Shown: positions 10,116 to 19,936 of the stretch, one piece after another | How the letters are laid out: each line of letters begins with the position of its first letter | Numbering within the stretch: the first letter of the stretch is position 1 | Source: Candidatus Multivorans thiocomprendens | GTDB taxonomy: Bacteria; Acidobacteriota; Thermoanaerobaculia; Multivoradales; Multivoraceae | Direction: 5' to 3' | Length of the DNA stretch: 64,000 nt | NCBI GenBank assembly: GCA_027493375.1 | Contig: JAPVWO010000240.1 | Span: forward strand, 175 to 64,174 | The notes under the pieces: generated by a model | What the model was told of the DNA's origin: nothing | The model's input: the letters and a program-made list of their open reading frames with translations, nothing else | Databases searched by the model: none | Program-made: the position numbers and the translations under genes

Positions 10116-11239
10116 TCGTCGGGTGGCGCCGGGTCGTCGTCCTCCTCATCTTCCCGGTTTCCCAGTGTGTTGACGAACTCCCGCAGTTCTTCCTCGGTCC
10201 TCGGCAGTCCCCTGGCGGACGAGCCGAGCGCCTTGCTGAGCGACTCCTGCCAGGTCAGGCGCTCGCCCGGCGTGCCGTCGGGATTCGGCTTCGGATCGAG
10301 CCACTCGAGGGAGTAGAGGAAGCCGTCCATGCGGGAGACCGTGTCGTCGTACCACTTGTTCCGGTTCTCGCCGTCCTCGCCCCGGCCGAAGTTGAAGAAG
10401 CCGTGGCCCTGGTCGTGGTAGCTGACGAAGTCGCATCGGTTCTTGTGGTCCCGCAGGCCCCGGCAGAACCGGTCCGCCGTGCCGTGGGGCACCGTCTGGT
10501 CGGCCTGGCCGTGGAAGAGGATGGTGGGCGGCAGGCCCGTTCTCAGGTGATGGAAGGGGGACATCGACTCCGGCGGCGCCCCGAAGCGCTCTTCGAGCGC
10601 CGCGAAACGCTCAAGCTCCTCCTCCGTCGGCATCGGGTCGCCATCGACGGGAGCGAGGACGGTCGCCGGGTTGAACAGGACCAGCGCGTCGGGCACGGGG
10701 CTCACGCCGTCGGGATCGGGATCGTGGCCCGGCAGCGTCGCGGTGGCGGCCGCCAGGTGACCCCCGGCCGAGCCCCCGCCGGCGGCGATGCGGTTGGGAT
10801 CGACGCCGAGCCGGTCCGCGTTCGCGCGCAGCCAGCGGATCGCGCTCTTGGCGTCCTTGACGCATTCGTCCGCCGTCACACCGTGCCGCGTGGCCACGCG
10901 GTAGTCGGCGACGGCGGCGACCATGCCCCGTTCCGCGAGGTACTGGCACTGCGGCAGGAACTGTAGCGGGGAACCTGAACGCCAACCGCCGCCGAAGAAG
11001 AAGACGATCGCGGGGCGCTGGTCGTCCGCCGTGTGCCCCTCGGGGTTGCAGAAGTACATCTTGAGCTCGACGTCGCCGACGGTGCGGTAGACCTCCGAGG
11101 TCGTTCCCTCCATCTCCGGCGGGTAAGGCCGCTGCGGCTTGAGGGAGTTGGCGCCGAGGGCGAAGAGGACGGTGGCGGCCAGCACGGGCGCGAAGCCGGG
11201 CGGACGTCGGTTGGGTCGTGTGTTGGTCAAACGGGTCAT
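10112..11239 (-). CDS. alpha/beta hydrolase (esterase/lipase, HGGG-type fold-3)
   Basis: Oxyanion block IVFFFGGGWRSG, nucleophile elbow GGGSAGGHLA and a histidine in DQGHGFF. I chose the ATG at 11239 (aa 38) for its signal-like MTRLTNTRPNRRPPGFAPVLAATVLFALGANS and upstream GAGAGG. The stop overlaps the start of the PQQ dehydrogenase by 4 nt. Confidence 0.8.
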   Translation of the reverse strand: MTRLTNTRPNRRPPGFAPVLAATVLFALGANSLKPQRPYPPEMEGTTSEVYRTVGDVELKMYFCNPEGHTADDQRPAIVFFFGGGWRSGSPLQFLPQCQYLAERGMVAAVADYRVATRHGVTADECVKDAKSAIRWLRANADRLGVDPNRIAAGGGSAGGHLAAATATLPGHDPDPDGVSPVPDALVLFNPATVLAPVDGDPMPTEEELERFAALEERFGAPPESMSPFHHLRTGLPPTILFHGQADQTVPHGTADRFCRGLRDHKNRCDFVSYHDQGHGFFNFGRGEDGENRNKWYDDTVSRMDGFLYSLEWLDPKPNPDGTPGERLTWQESLSKALGSSARGLPRTEEELREFVNTLGNREDEEDDDPAPPDE

Positions 11240-11271
11240 CGGCGCCTCTCGGTAGGAACTTGGAACGGAGT

Positions 11272-12654
11272 CTAACGGCGGGCCGTTTCGCGGCTGCCTT
11301 CCTCGGCGTCCCCGTCGTCGATGCTCTCGTCCGTGCCGCCGCGGATCCACGTCAGGCGGTACAGGTCGTGCGGTTGCAGTTCGGTCTCCAGGGCACGCCG
11401 GATCACCATCGAAGAGCCTGGACGGGCGTCGAAGGCGCCGCGCTCGAGGAAGGCGAAGACGCGCTCGCGGTCCTTGCAGGCGTCGTCCTGTTCGTCGCAG
11501 CCGAAGTCGTTGCCGTCCGTGTCGAGCAGGAAGAGGAGCGGGTCGGGCGACACGAACCTGCCCTCCAGGCTGCGGAACGCTCGCCAGAGATCGAGGGAGG
11601 GAATCGTCCAGCCGTCTCCCGATTCGGCGAATCCGACCGCCTCGGTGACCGGACCGTCCGGCAGCACGGTGATGACGGCCGGGAACGGATCGAAGACCCG
11701 GCGCGAAAGCTCCCGCAGGGTGAAGGCGTCGTCATCCGGAACCTCGAAGATCTCCAGCAGCGGCTCGCCGGCCTCCAGGAGCCGCTCGACCAGCTCGAGT
11801 TCGAGATCGCGCAGCACGGGCCGGTCCCGCGGCCGCTCGGGGGCCGCGGGCGGAGCGGTGTTCGGCGCGAGCTCCCGCGGCGGCGCGACGAGCGTCGATT
11901 CGGGCAGTTCCTCGCCCCGGGCGGCCGCGAACAGGGCGCGCAGGCATTCGAAGCGGCGGCCCGGGTTCTCGTCCATGTAGCGCCACAACGCCGCGACGCG
12001 CCGGTGGTAGCGGGCGGCGTCGACGGCGAAGCCGCGCAGACCGCGCTCGACCGTGTGGGACTCGCCGGCCGTGGCCTGCGTTCCGCCGTCGAACACGAAC
12101 TCCAGCGAGACAGTCCGAGGCGGCGGCCGCCGGTCGTCCGGCTCCCGCCGTTCGTTGTCCCAGACGGCGAGCGACGGACGGATCGCGGTGTTGGCGAAGA
12201 ACTCCCGCAGTTCGGCATCCGGGTTCCCGACCAGCGCCCAACGCCGGTAGCTGGTCAGCTCCCTGCCTGCCCGCTCCCACTCGGCGCCGTCGGCGAGCGC
12301 CTCGTACAGCCGGTCGAAGCGCAGATGCCAGACGTCGTAGCCGTTCATCAACGCCTCGGTTCGGTCGTTCAACCGCCGCTCGATCGGTGCGTTGCCTTCG
12401 GGAACCGTGTGGCGGTGGATCGAGACCTTGGCCTCGAGCCTCACGTAGCCGGTCGTCTCGGGGGGCGGGACACTCTCGTCCTCGGCCGGTTGAGTGTCCT
12501 CCGCCGACGGCGGGTAGAACTCGAGGTGCAGGCTCTCGGCCACCGGGTCGTCGGTGCAGCCGGCAAGGGCCATGGCGAGCACCGCCGCGGTCGCTCCGGG
12601 GAGCGTGCGACGGATCGCGGCTCCAGGCGCGCGGGACGGGCGGCTGGCGACCAT
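11272..12654 (-). CDS. hypothetical lipoprotein
   Basis: The ATG at 12654 gives MVASRPSRAPGAAIRRTLPGATAAVLAMALAGC with a lipobox (LAGC). The remainder is protein-like (…MNGYDVWHLRFDRLYEALADGAEWERAG…). The overlapping plus-strand ORF 11218..12678 is R/G-rich shadow. Confidence 0.6.
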   Translation of the reverse strand: MVASRPSRAPGAAIRRTLPGATAAVLAMALAGCTDDPVAESLHLEFYPPSAEDTQPAEDESVPPPETTGYVRLEAKVSIHRHTVPEGNAPIERRLNDRTEALMNGYDVWHLRFDRLYEALADGAEWERAGRELTSYRRWALVGNPDAELREFFANTAIRPSLAVWDNERREPDDRRPPPRTVSLEFVFDGGTQATAGESHTVERGLRGFAVDAARYHRRVAALWRYMDENPGRRFECLRALFAAARGEELPESTLVAPPRELAPNTAPPAAPERPRDRPVLRDLELELVERLLEAGEPLLEIFEVPDDDAFTLRELSRRVFDPFPAVITVLPDGPVTEAVGFAESGDGWTIPSLDLWRAFRSLEGRFVSPDPLLFLLDTDGNDFGCDEQDDACKDRERVFAFLERGAFDARPGSSMVIRRALETELQPHDLYRLTWIRGGTDESIDDGDAEEGSRETARR

Positions 12655-12714
12655 GGTCCTAGTTTGCAACACGCGTAGGATCGACCGTCTTCCCCGCGGA
12701 CTCGCGTCGAACCG

Positions 12715-13995
12715 ATGAACCTCTTTACCCTGCTCTCGAAGCGTTTCGAGACGGCCCTCGATCATCCCGGCCTGGTGCCAGTTGGCGTTACCGAAGGCGC
12801 GAGCGGGCCGGCGTGGACGTACCGCGACCTGGACGAGGCTTCGGCCCGATGCTCGGCTGCGCTGCGCGAGCGCGGCGTCGAGCCCGGGGATCGGGTACTG
12901 GTTCAGATCCCGAAGTCGGTCGAGGCTGTCGCGCTGTACCTTGGGGTTCTACGCCGTGGCGCGGTCTACGTGCCATTGAATACGGCCTACACCGAGAGGG
13001 AGGTCGCGTTCTTCGTCGACGACGCGTCGCCGCGCGTCGTCGTCGGGGCCGAGGCCGCCGGACGGCAAGCGGTGGGTATCGACGCGCTGTGGGAGGAGGC
13101 GCGGTCGGTCGATCCCGATCCGGCGGTCGAACCCCGCGACGACGAGGACCTGGCCGCCATCTGCTACACGTCGGGCACCACCGGGCGCTCCAAGGGAGCG
13201 ATGATCACCCACGCGACGGTGCTGATGGGTGTGCCCACGTTCTATTCGCGATTGCTCGCCGAGCCGGGTTTCGGCAGTGCCGACTGCGAGAGCATCCGGC
13301 TGTTCGTTTCCGGGTCGGCGCCCCTGACGGAAGCCGTCTTCGGTGACTTCGAGGCCCGCACCGGTCACCGGATCCTGGAACGCTACGGCATGACGGAGGC
13401 GGGGATGATCACCTCGAACCCGCTCTCCGGGGAGCGGTTGGCCGGCACGGTCGGCTTTCCGCTTCCGGATGTCGAAGTGCGGGCCGTGGGTGAGGACGGC
13501 AGCGAAGTGGCAGCCGGTGAAGTCGGCACGCTGGAGACTCGCGGCCCAAATCTGTTCCCGGGCTACTGGGGCCTGCCGGAGAAGACGGCCGAGGAGATGC
13601 GCGACGACGGCTTCTTCGTCACCGGCGACCTCGCGAGCGTCGACGGCGAGGGCCGGGTGACCCTGGTCGGCCGAGGCAAGGACCTGATCATCGCCGGCGG
13701 CTTCAACGTCTACCCGAAGGAAGTCGAGGACCGGCTCGATGAGGTAGCGGGAGTAGCGGAATCGGCGGTGATCGGCGCGCCGCACACCGACCTGGGCGAG
13801 GGCGTGGTCGCCGTGCTGGTCGCCGAAGCCGAGCCCGTGGAAGACGATACGCTCCGCTCCGCGCTCGATGCGGGGCTCGCGCGCTACAAGCACCCGCGCC
13901 GCTTCTGCTGGGTCGACGAACTGCCGCGCAACGCGATGGGGAAGGTACGGAAAAACGTGCTGCGCGAGCGGTACCGCGACGCGTACAACCGATGA
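12715..13995 (+). CDS. MatB-like malonyl-CoA/acyl-CoA synthetase (ANL superfamily) with an apparent in-frame internal deletion
   Basis: ANL core motifs are present: YTSGTTGRSKG, YGMTE, GDL, GRGKDLIIAGGFNVYPKEVE, PRNAMGKVRKNVLRE. It is only 426 aa, and AMITH is followed directly by ATVLMGVPTFY (junction 13212/13213). Confidence 0.75.
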   Translation: MNLFTLLSKRFETALDHPGLVPVGVTEGASGPAWTYRDLDEASARCSAALRERGVEPGDRVLVQIPKSVEAVALYLGVLRRGAVYVPLNTAYTEREVAFFVDDASPRVVVGAEAAGRQAVGIDALWEEARSVDPDPAVEPRDDEDLAAICYTSGTTGRSKGAMITHATVLMGVPTFYSRLLAEPGFGSADCESIRLFVSGSAPLTEAVFGDFEARTGHRILERYGMTEAGMITSNPLSGERLAGTVGFPLPDVEVRAVGEDGSEVAAGEVGTLETRGPNLFPGYWGLPEKTAEEMRDDGFFVTGDLASVDGEGRVTLVGRGKDLIIAGGFNVYPKEVEDRLDEVAGVAESAVIGAPHTDLGEGVVAVLVAEAEPVEDDTLRSALDAGLARYKHPRRFCWVDELPRNAMGKVRKNVLRERYRDAYNR

Positions 13996-14008
13996 AGGAG
14001 AAAGCTCA

Positions 14009-14866
14009 ATGGCGCAGACGGAAAAGAAGCTCGACGGCAAGGTCGCCCTGGTCACCGGAGCGAGCCGCGGCATCGGCAAGGCGATCGCCGAGCTGTTCGC
14101 CGAGCACGGCGCTCGGGTCGCCTGCACGGCACGCACCCTCTCCGAGGGCGGCCACTACCTGGGCGGGTCGCTGGAGGAGACGATCGAGGAGATCCGGGCG
14201 GCGGGCGGCGACGCGACCGCCTTCGCCTGCGACGTCTCCGAGTACCCCAACTGCGAGCGCCTGGTGAACAAGGTACGCGATGCGCTCGGGCCGGTCGAGG
14301 TGCTGATCAACAACGCTGCCCTGACCTACTTCATCCCGGTCGTGGATTTCCCGATCAACAAGTGGCATCGCTCGACCGCGGTCAACTTCCACGCCCCCTT
14401 CTACCTGTCCAAGCTGGTGCTGCCCGAGATGATCGAACGTGGCGCGGGGAGCATCGTCAACGTCTCCTCGGGCGCGGCGATCGGCCCCGGCCGCGGCCCT
14501 TACAAGGGTCCGCAGTTCGCGGGCGGCTCGCTGTACGGCGCCGAGAAGGCGGCCCTGGAGCGCTTCACCCAGGGCCTCGCCTCCGAGGTGTACGAGCACG
14601 GTGTCTCGGTGACCTGCTACAGCCCGTCCCAGATCGTCCCCACGCCGGGCGTCGTCCACCACCGGCTGATGGAGGGACGCGACCCGAACGAGGCGGAAAC
14701 CGTCGAGATCATGGCCCAGGCGGCCCTGCTGCTCGCCACCGAGCCGCTCGACCGGGTCACCGGCCGGGTCACCTACAGCCAGGCGATCCTGGAGGAGTTC
14801 GGCTGGATCGAGAAGGGGCGGGGACTCGGCACGGAGCGACAGGGCTCCGGCTACAGCATGATCTGA
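14009..14866 (+). CDS. SDR-family oxidoreductase
   Basis: AAGGAG (13995-14000) lies 8 nt upstream of the ATG at 14009. It has TGASRGIG (TGxxxGxG), NNAA, and the catalytic S...YGAEK (YxxxK). Confidence 0.85.
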   Translation: MAQTEKKLDGKVALVTGASRGIGKAIAELFAEHGARVACTARTLSEGGHYLGGSLEETIEEIRAAGGDATAFACDVSEYPNCERLVNKVRDALGPVEVLINNAALTYFIPVVDFPINKWHRSTAVNFHAPFYLSKLVLPEMIERGAGSIVNVSSGAAIGPGRGPYKGPQFAGGSLYGAEKAALERFTQGLASEVYEHGVSVTCYSPSQIVPTPGVVHHRLMEGRDPNEAETVEIMAQAALLLATEPLDRVTGRVTYSQAILEEFGWIEKGRGLGTERQGSGYSMI

Positions 14867-14867
14867 C

Positions 14868-15830
14868 CTACTCCCCGCCCTTCACCGGCCTGCCGGCAGC
14901 GATCCACTCCTTCTCGAGCTGGCGCGCTCCCCTGAGCTGGCCCAGCATCGAATAGTTGCCCTCGTGGCAGGCGTACTCGTAGTTGTACTGGTCGGTCCTT
15001 GGCCACGGCATCTCGCCGCCGTAGGAGGCTGTGTACTCCTCGTCCTCGACCTCGAACTGGTAGAGCAGCGACTTGCCGTCGACCGGGCTGAAGCGCTCCG
15101 TGACCTTCATCGCGCCGCGCGGCACGCCGGCCGACTCTCTGCCGTGCAGCATCTGGGGCGCCGCTTCGCGACGGAAGTTCGTCGTCTCGACGACCAGGGT
15201 GTCGCCCTCCCAGCGGCCGATCGAGTCGCCGGAGTAGGACTGGTACGGCGCCGGCGAATGCTCCGCGTCGATTCGCACGACCCGCGTCCAGTGCATCCAC
15301 TCGATGTGGATCATCAGGTAGTCGTCCGTCTGCACCAGGGTCTTCAGGTTGTTGTAGGAGATCGTGCGGATCGGGATCGAAGCGCCGGGCTGGTAGATGC
15401 AGCGCACGCCGAGAACCATCGTCTCCGGGCTGTCGAAGGGCGTGTCGCCCGACTCCAGCCACCAGGCCGTGCCGTCGTCGTTCATCCAGATGAACCGCGG
15501 CAGGGCCCCACGGTTCTCTTGGGCCTCTTCCGTCAACGGCGGCATCCGGCCGTTCGGCGGGTTCGTCAGGATCGACGTGCGGTACTTGCCGTCGATCATG
15601 AACATCGTGTGGCCCGGATCGAACCAGGCGTAGTTGTAGCTCTGCCGGTCGATGAAGGCGCCCTTCTCCGGCGGCGGCCGATCCGGCGCACTGGCGGCGT
15701 CGCCGTCCAGGACGCGCTGACGCTGGTTCGCTTCGACCTCGGCCGCCTCCTCCGGACTGAGGACGAGTTCCTCGCCGCGCTCGGGCCGGCGCTCGAAGGG
15801 AGTCAGCGAGCGGATGTCGTAGCGGCCTGC
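14868..15830 (-). CDS. conserved hypothetical periplasmic protein, 5' end missing or unresolved
   Basis: The frame of track ORF 14868..15605 stays protein-like upstream of its first ATG (AGRYDIRSLTPFERRPERGEELVLSPEEAAEVEANQRQ…FIDRQSYNYAWFDPGHTMFMIDGKYRTS…GDSIGRWEGDTLVVETTNF…YEYACHEGNY). No ATG/GTG/TTG start and no signal peptide is available in that frame upstream of 15605. An in-frame TGA lies just upstream of 15830. Confidence 0.6.
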   Translation of the reverse strand, partial: AGRYDIRSLTPFERRPERGEELVLSPEEAAEVEANQRQRVLDGDAASAPDRPPPEKGAFIDRQSYNYAWFDPGHTMFMIDGKYRTSILTNPPNGRMPPLTEEAQENRGALPRFIWMNDDGTAWWLESGDTPFDSPETMVLGVRCIYQPGASIPIRTISYNNLKTLVQTDDYLMIHIEWMHWTRVVRIDAEHSPAPYQSYSGDSIGRWEGDTLVVETTNFRREAAPQMLHGRESAGVPRGAMKVTERFSPVDGKSLLYQFEVEDEEYTASYGGEMPWPRTDQYNYEYACHEGNYSMLGQLRGARQLEKEWIAAGRPVKGGE

Positions 15831-18396
15831 TGCCGTCGATCTGGCGCACGCGGACGTAGTAGTAGTCGCCGGGCCGGACTTCGCCCTGGTCGGTGAAGCT
15901 GAACTCCTGGTCGAGGGCCCGCCCCTCGGTCACGATCTGAGCCGAGAGTGCGTCCGTGTGCTCGAGCACCTGGTACTCGCGGCGATCGACCTGGCCTTTC
16001 AGGTCGCCGAGCCGGAACCGCGCGGTGTTCGCCGGCAGTTCCTGGGGGATGCGAACGTAGCCGCCCGAGCCGCGGGACTCGGTCGTCGTTTCCATCTCGA
16101 CGGTGATGACCGTGTCGGCGCTTGCGCCGCGCAACTCGAGAACGAGTGACTTCGGACGCCCACGGGTCGGGAAGTCGAAGTCGATCCGGTTGGGGTCTTC
16201 CGCGTTGCGGGCGGTTCGCCAGGTCGCGGGCTGCGTGAACCAGGGATCGTCGTAGTCGACCAGCTCGGCTCCGGCGACCTGGATCGCTCCCCTCCACGGT
16301 CGGCCGCCGCGCGGGGGCGTGCGCTCGCCGTGGATCTCGGTCGACGACTCGAAGGTGATCTGCACCCGCGATTCCTCGGACAGAGCGCTCTCCAGGTATC
16401 TCCTGGTGTAGACGATCGCTCCGTTCTTGATCACGTCGATCGCGTCGATCGGGGCCGTGCCGCTGACCCGGCAGTCGATCCGGCGCACGGCGGCGTCCTC
16501 CTGGCGCGTACCCATGCGGGTGCCGTTGAGACTTGCCTCGAGGAGGATCCGCTCGCCGGTTGTCGCATAGGCGGCCCGGTCGCGGAGCGCGCCGAAGATG
16601 GCGTCAGCGTTGTTCTCGGGCGCGTAGACGGCGGCCAGACCGCCCAGTTGACGGTTGCCGGCCCCGGTGTAGCCGGGGTGGCCGTTGTGAGTGTCGGATG
16701 CGCCGATGAAGCCGACCTCGAAGCCGTTCCGCAGGTACTTGTTGCCGAACCAGTCGAAGGTGCCGTGGCCGGACTGGATCTCGACCAGTCGCCCCAGGTC
16801 GGGGTCGCTGTTCGTCCAGTCGGCGGGCTGGTGGGCGTGGGGGATGACCAGCACGTCGTTGTTGCTGTTCTGAGCGCGCAGCCCCGCGTACAGCTCGTCG
16901 AGGAGGGGCGCCTCCTGGTTCGGCACGCGGCTACGGCCGGGCGTGTCGCGGAAGAACACGTTGTGGTGGCCGCCGAGCGGCGAGCGCGAGGTCCATTCGA
17001 AGCCGAGGATCGTTGTGAACTCGCCTTCGATCCAGTACTCCTCGACCAGTTCCCGCAGCTTCCGCCACTCGCTGTCGTCCATCCAGATGTCGTGCTCGGA
17101 GAGGCTCAGGAAGTCGAGCCGGGCGACGTCGCGGCCGAAGCGGTAGTAGCCGTCCGGCGAGCCCTGGCCCTCGGCGAAAGCGGTGTGGCCGTGAGTTTCG
17201 CCCCAGTAGACACGGTGAGCGGGGTCCTCTTCGACGCGGACGGGATTGCTCGTCGCCCGGATCGATCCGTCCTCGTTCCGGACGAAGAAGCGGTAGACGC
17301 CGGGTGCGGCGAGATTCACGTTCTTGAGCAGCGAGATGGCCGGACTGCCGGCCTCGATCGTCCGGAACGGCTCGCCGTCCAGCAGCACCTCGAGTGCGGG
17401 CATGACGCCGGACGACAGGTTCTTCAACCGGTCCTCGGCGCGGACGGCGAGGGTGAAGGGTTCGCCGGGCGCAACGATCGACGGGGCGACGGCGTTGACG
17501 GAGCGAACCTCGTCCCGGCCCAGCACCTCGAAGGAGGGCCATGCGGGTCGCAGCAGATCGCCCGTGCCCTCGATGTCGGCGTAGACGTGCAGGATCACCT
17601 GGTCGTTGGAGGTCTCCTGCAGTGCGAATCCTGACCCGCCGCCGGACGTGTCGCCGTAGGTGATGGTGACCGTGTCGCCTTCATCGAGCGACGCACCGCT
17701 CAGACGGAACTGCAGCACGGACCGCGGCACGCCGGGGCGAACCCGGCCGCTTCGGTTGCGGAAGTGCATCCCCAGCCAGTCGCCCCACGGCTCGCTGGAG
17801 GTCAGCGTCGCGGCCGGTTTCGACGTTTCGACCGTGACGTAGTTCGGGCCGGCCGGGTCCTCGGCCTGGATGCCCGTCCGTGATCCACGCACCAGGAGAC
17901 CGCCGCCCTCCGCCATGCCGAGCGTGCCCACGGTGTAGGTCAACCGGACCGTCACCCGGTCGCCGGCGCGGAAGGGACCGGGCGGGTCGAGCGTCAGCGT
18001 GCCGACCGCCCCCGGGTACTCGTCCTTGATCTGGAACTCCCGGGTGTAGAGGCGGATGAACTCCGGGATCCGCGGCACCGGAATCGTCGCTCCGCCTCCG
18101 AGCCCCCGGAGTGAGCGGTTCGCGTTCGCGAGGAGCTGCGGGAAGACGTCGGGGACCGGTCCGCCGGTGAGTGAGTAGGCGTTCGACCACCGCCACAGCG
18201 TGTCGAGCCGATCGCTTAGAACGGCGACGTCTTCGGTGCTCTCAGGCGCCTCCAGCTTCAGCGCCTCGACGCGTTGCCGCAGCTCGGGTGTCAGGTAGTC
18301 GCCGGAGTCCTGGGTGGTGCAGCCCTGGGCGACCAGCGCCAGGGCGAGCGGAGCGAGGAGCACGGGGTGGGTTGCGAAGCGGCGTCGATTCAACAT
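15829..18396 (-). CDS. DUF3604-family metal-dependent hydrolase-like lipoprotein, 3' end undefined
   Basis: Lipoprotein signal MLNRRRFATHPVLLAPLALALVAQGC. His-rich PHP-like blocks are present (YWGETHGHTAFAEGQG, LSEHD, IPHAHQ, GASDTHNGHPG). The protein-like sequence ends at ...GDYYYVRVRQIDGS, about 15829. The rest of the 1181-aa track ORF is R/G/P-rich nonsense read in the wrong frame of the next gene. Confidence 0.75.
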
Positions 18397-18485
18397 GGCG
18401 AACCCTCGCGGTTTGGCTGCCGGTCTCTCGGATTGGCGGGACTCTCCCCAGTACCATAGCGGGCCGAGATTCCTGGGAGGTCCGC

Positions 18486-19274
18486 ATGACGAAACTCGCT
18501 TCAGTGTTCGCGACCGTTGTCGTCCTCGCGACCGTGTTCGCTATCCCGGCCGCGGGGCAGTCTGATGCCCCTTCCTACGATCCGCCGCTCGACATCGGCG
18601 TCGTCCTGTACGACGGCGCCGAGCCGCTCGATGTCTTCGGACCGGTCGAGATGTGGCTCAACGCCGGGCCGGGCCTGATCCGTGTCCACCTGATCGCCGA
18701 CTCCGCGCGTCCAATCGCCCTGACCACGACGACGTATCCGGCCGAGATGGCTCCGAAGGTGGAGGCTCAGTACGGCTACGAAGACGCTCCGCCGCTCGAC
18801 GTGATCATGGTGCCGGGCGGTATCGGCACACTCCGGGAAGTCGAGAACCGGCAACTGCTGGACTTCGTCGCTGAGCGCGCCGCCGAGGTCCAGCTCACCA
18901 CCTCCGTCTGCACCGGCTCCGCCATCCTCGCCAAGGCCGGCGTCCTAGACGGCCTGCCGGCGACGGGGAACAAGGCGTTCTTCAGCTACATCGCCGGCTT
19001 CGGCCCGGAGACCGAGTGGGTGGAGGAAGCCCGCTGGGTCGATGCCGGCCACGTGATGACCTCCTCCGGCGTCTCCGCCGGCATCGACATGAGTCTGGCG
19101 GTCGTCGCCCGCTTCTTCGGTCAGGACGCCGCGCGGATGCTGGCGCAGGCCACCGAGTACGAGTGGAACGAGGACGCGGACCGGGATCCGTTCGTCGGGA
19201 ACCTGGACTCGGCCATGCCGTATCTGGAAGGTCTGGAGGCGGCGGTCGAGGAATCGTCCGGTTCGGGATTCTGA
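18486..19274 (+). CDS. DJ-1/PfpI family protein (class I glutamine amidotransferase-like), secreted
   Basis: GGGAGG lies upstream of the ATG at 18486. Signal peptide MTKLASVFATVVVLATVFAIPAAGQ. Nucleophile elbow TSVCTGSAILAKAG. Confidence 0.85.
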   Translation: MTKLASVFATVVVLATVFAIPAAGQSDAPSYDPPLDIGVVLYDGAEPLDVFGPVEMWLNAGPGLIRVHLIADSARPIALTTTTYPAEMAPKVEAQYGYEDAPPLDVIMVPGGIGTLREVENRQLLDFVAERAAEVQLTTSVCTGSAILAKAGVLDGLPATGNKAFFSYIAGFGPETEWVEEARWVDAGHVMTSSGVSAGIDMSLAVVARFFGQDAARMLAQATEYEWNEDADRDPFVGNLDSAMPYLEGLEAAVEESSGSGF

Positions 19275-19315
19275 GCCCGGCCCCTGGCCCCCGGAACGGA
19301 TAGAAGGCGCGGGCG

Positions 19316-19936
19316 CTAGGGGTAGGGTGTGATCACGCCGCAGGCCGCTCGGGAACCGCCTGCGCAGCCGGCCGCCTCGCCTTCGGGGCAATAGGTGTCG
19401 GGGTTCGTGTGGATGATGAAGGCGCTGCCGTCTTCGTCAAACACGGAGAGCGGCCCGTCGGAGAGCGTCACCCGCGTTGTCGTCACCATGTGGTAGCCGC
19501 GGCCCTGGCGGTCCAGGGTCATGTTCGTCAGGTCACCGGCGTGGAACGGGTGGTTGCCGTCCGGGCTGGTGTTCGAGTTGGGGCCGGGGTCGAAGTGCCC
19601 GCCCGCGGTGCCACATGGATTGCACGACGCGGTTTCATGGATATGGACCGCGTGCTTGCCTAGCGTGATGCCGGTGTTGGCGTACAGGCGGAGATAGATG
19701 TCGACCGCCTTGACGCCTTCGTCCGAAGGCCGTTCCTGTAGATAGCCGAAGCCGACACGGTTCGTCGGAATGTCGCAACTGTAGAGGACGGCCCGTCCGG
19801 CCGCCGCCGCACCTGCCGTGGCGGCGGCGAAGTCCTCTTCGAGGTTCTGGGCGGACACGCCGGCGGCTCCGCCGAGCGAGAGCAGGGAGAAGGCGGTGAG
19901 CGGAAGGATCGTCGTCTTGCGGCAGTTCGTGCGCAT
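19316..19936 (-). CDS. sodC: periplasmic Cu/Zn superoxide dismutase
   Basis: GGAGGAG lies 8 nt upstream of the ATG at 19936. It has a signal peptide and metal-ligand blocks HAVHIHE, GGHFDPG and HAGDL. Cysteines are placed as in SodC. Confidence 0.85.
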   Translation of the reverse strand: MRTNCRKTTILPLTAFSLLSLGGAAGVSAQNLEEDFAAATAGAAAAGRAVLYSCDIPTNRVGFGYLQERPSDEGVKAVDIYLRLYANTGITLGKHAVHIHETASCNPCGTAGGHFDPGPNSNTSPDGNHPFHAGDLTNMTLDRQGRGYHMVTTTRVTLSDGPLSVFDEDGSAFIIHTNPDTYCPEGEAAGCAGGSRAACGVITPYP

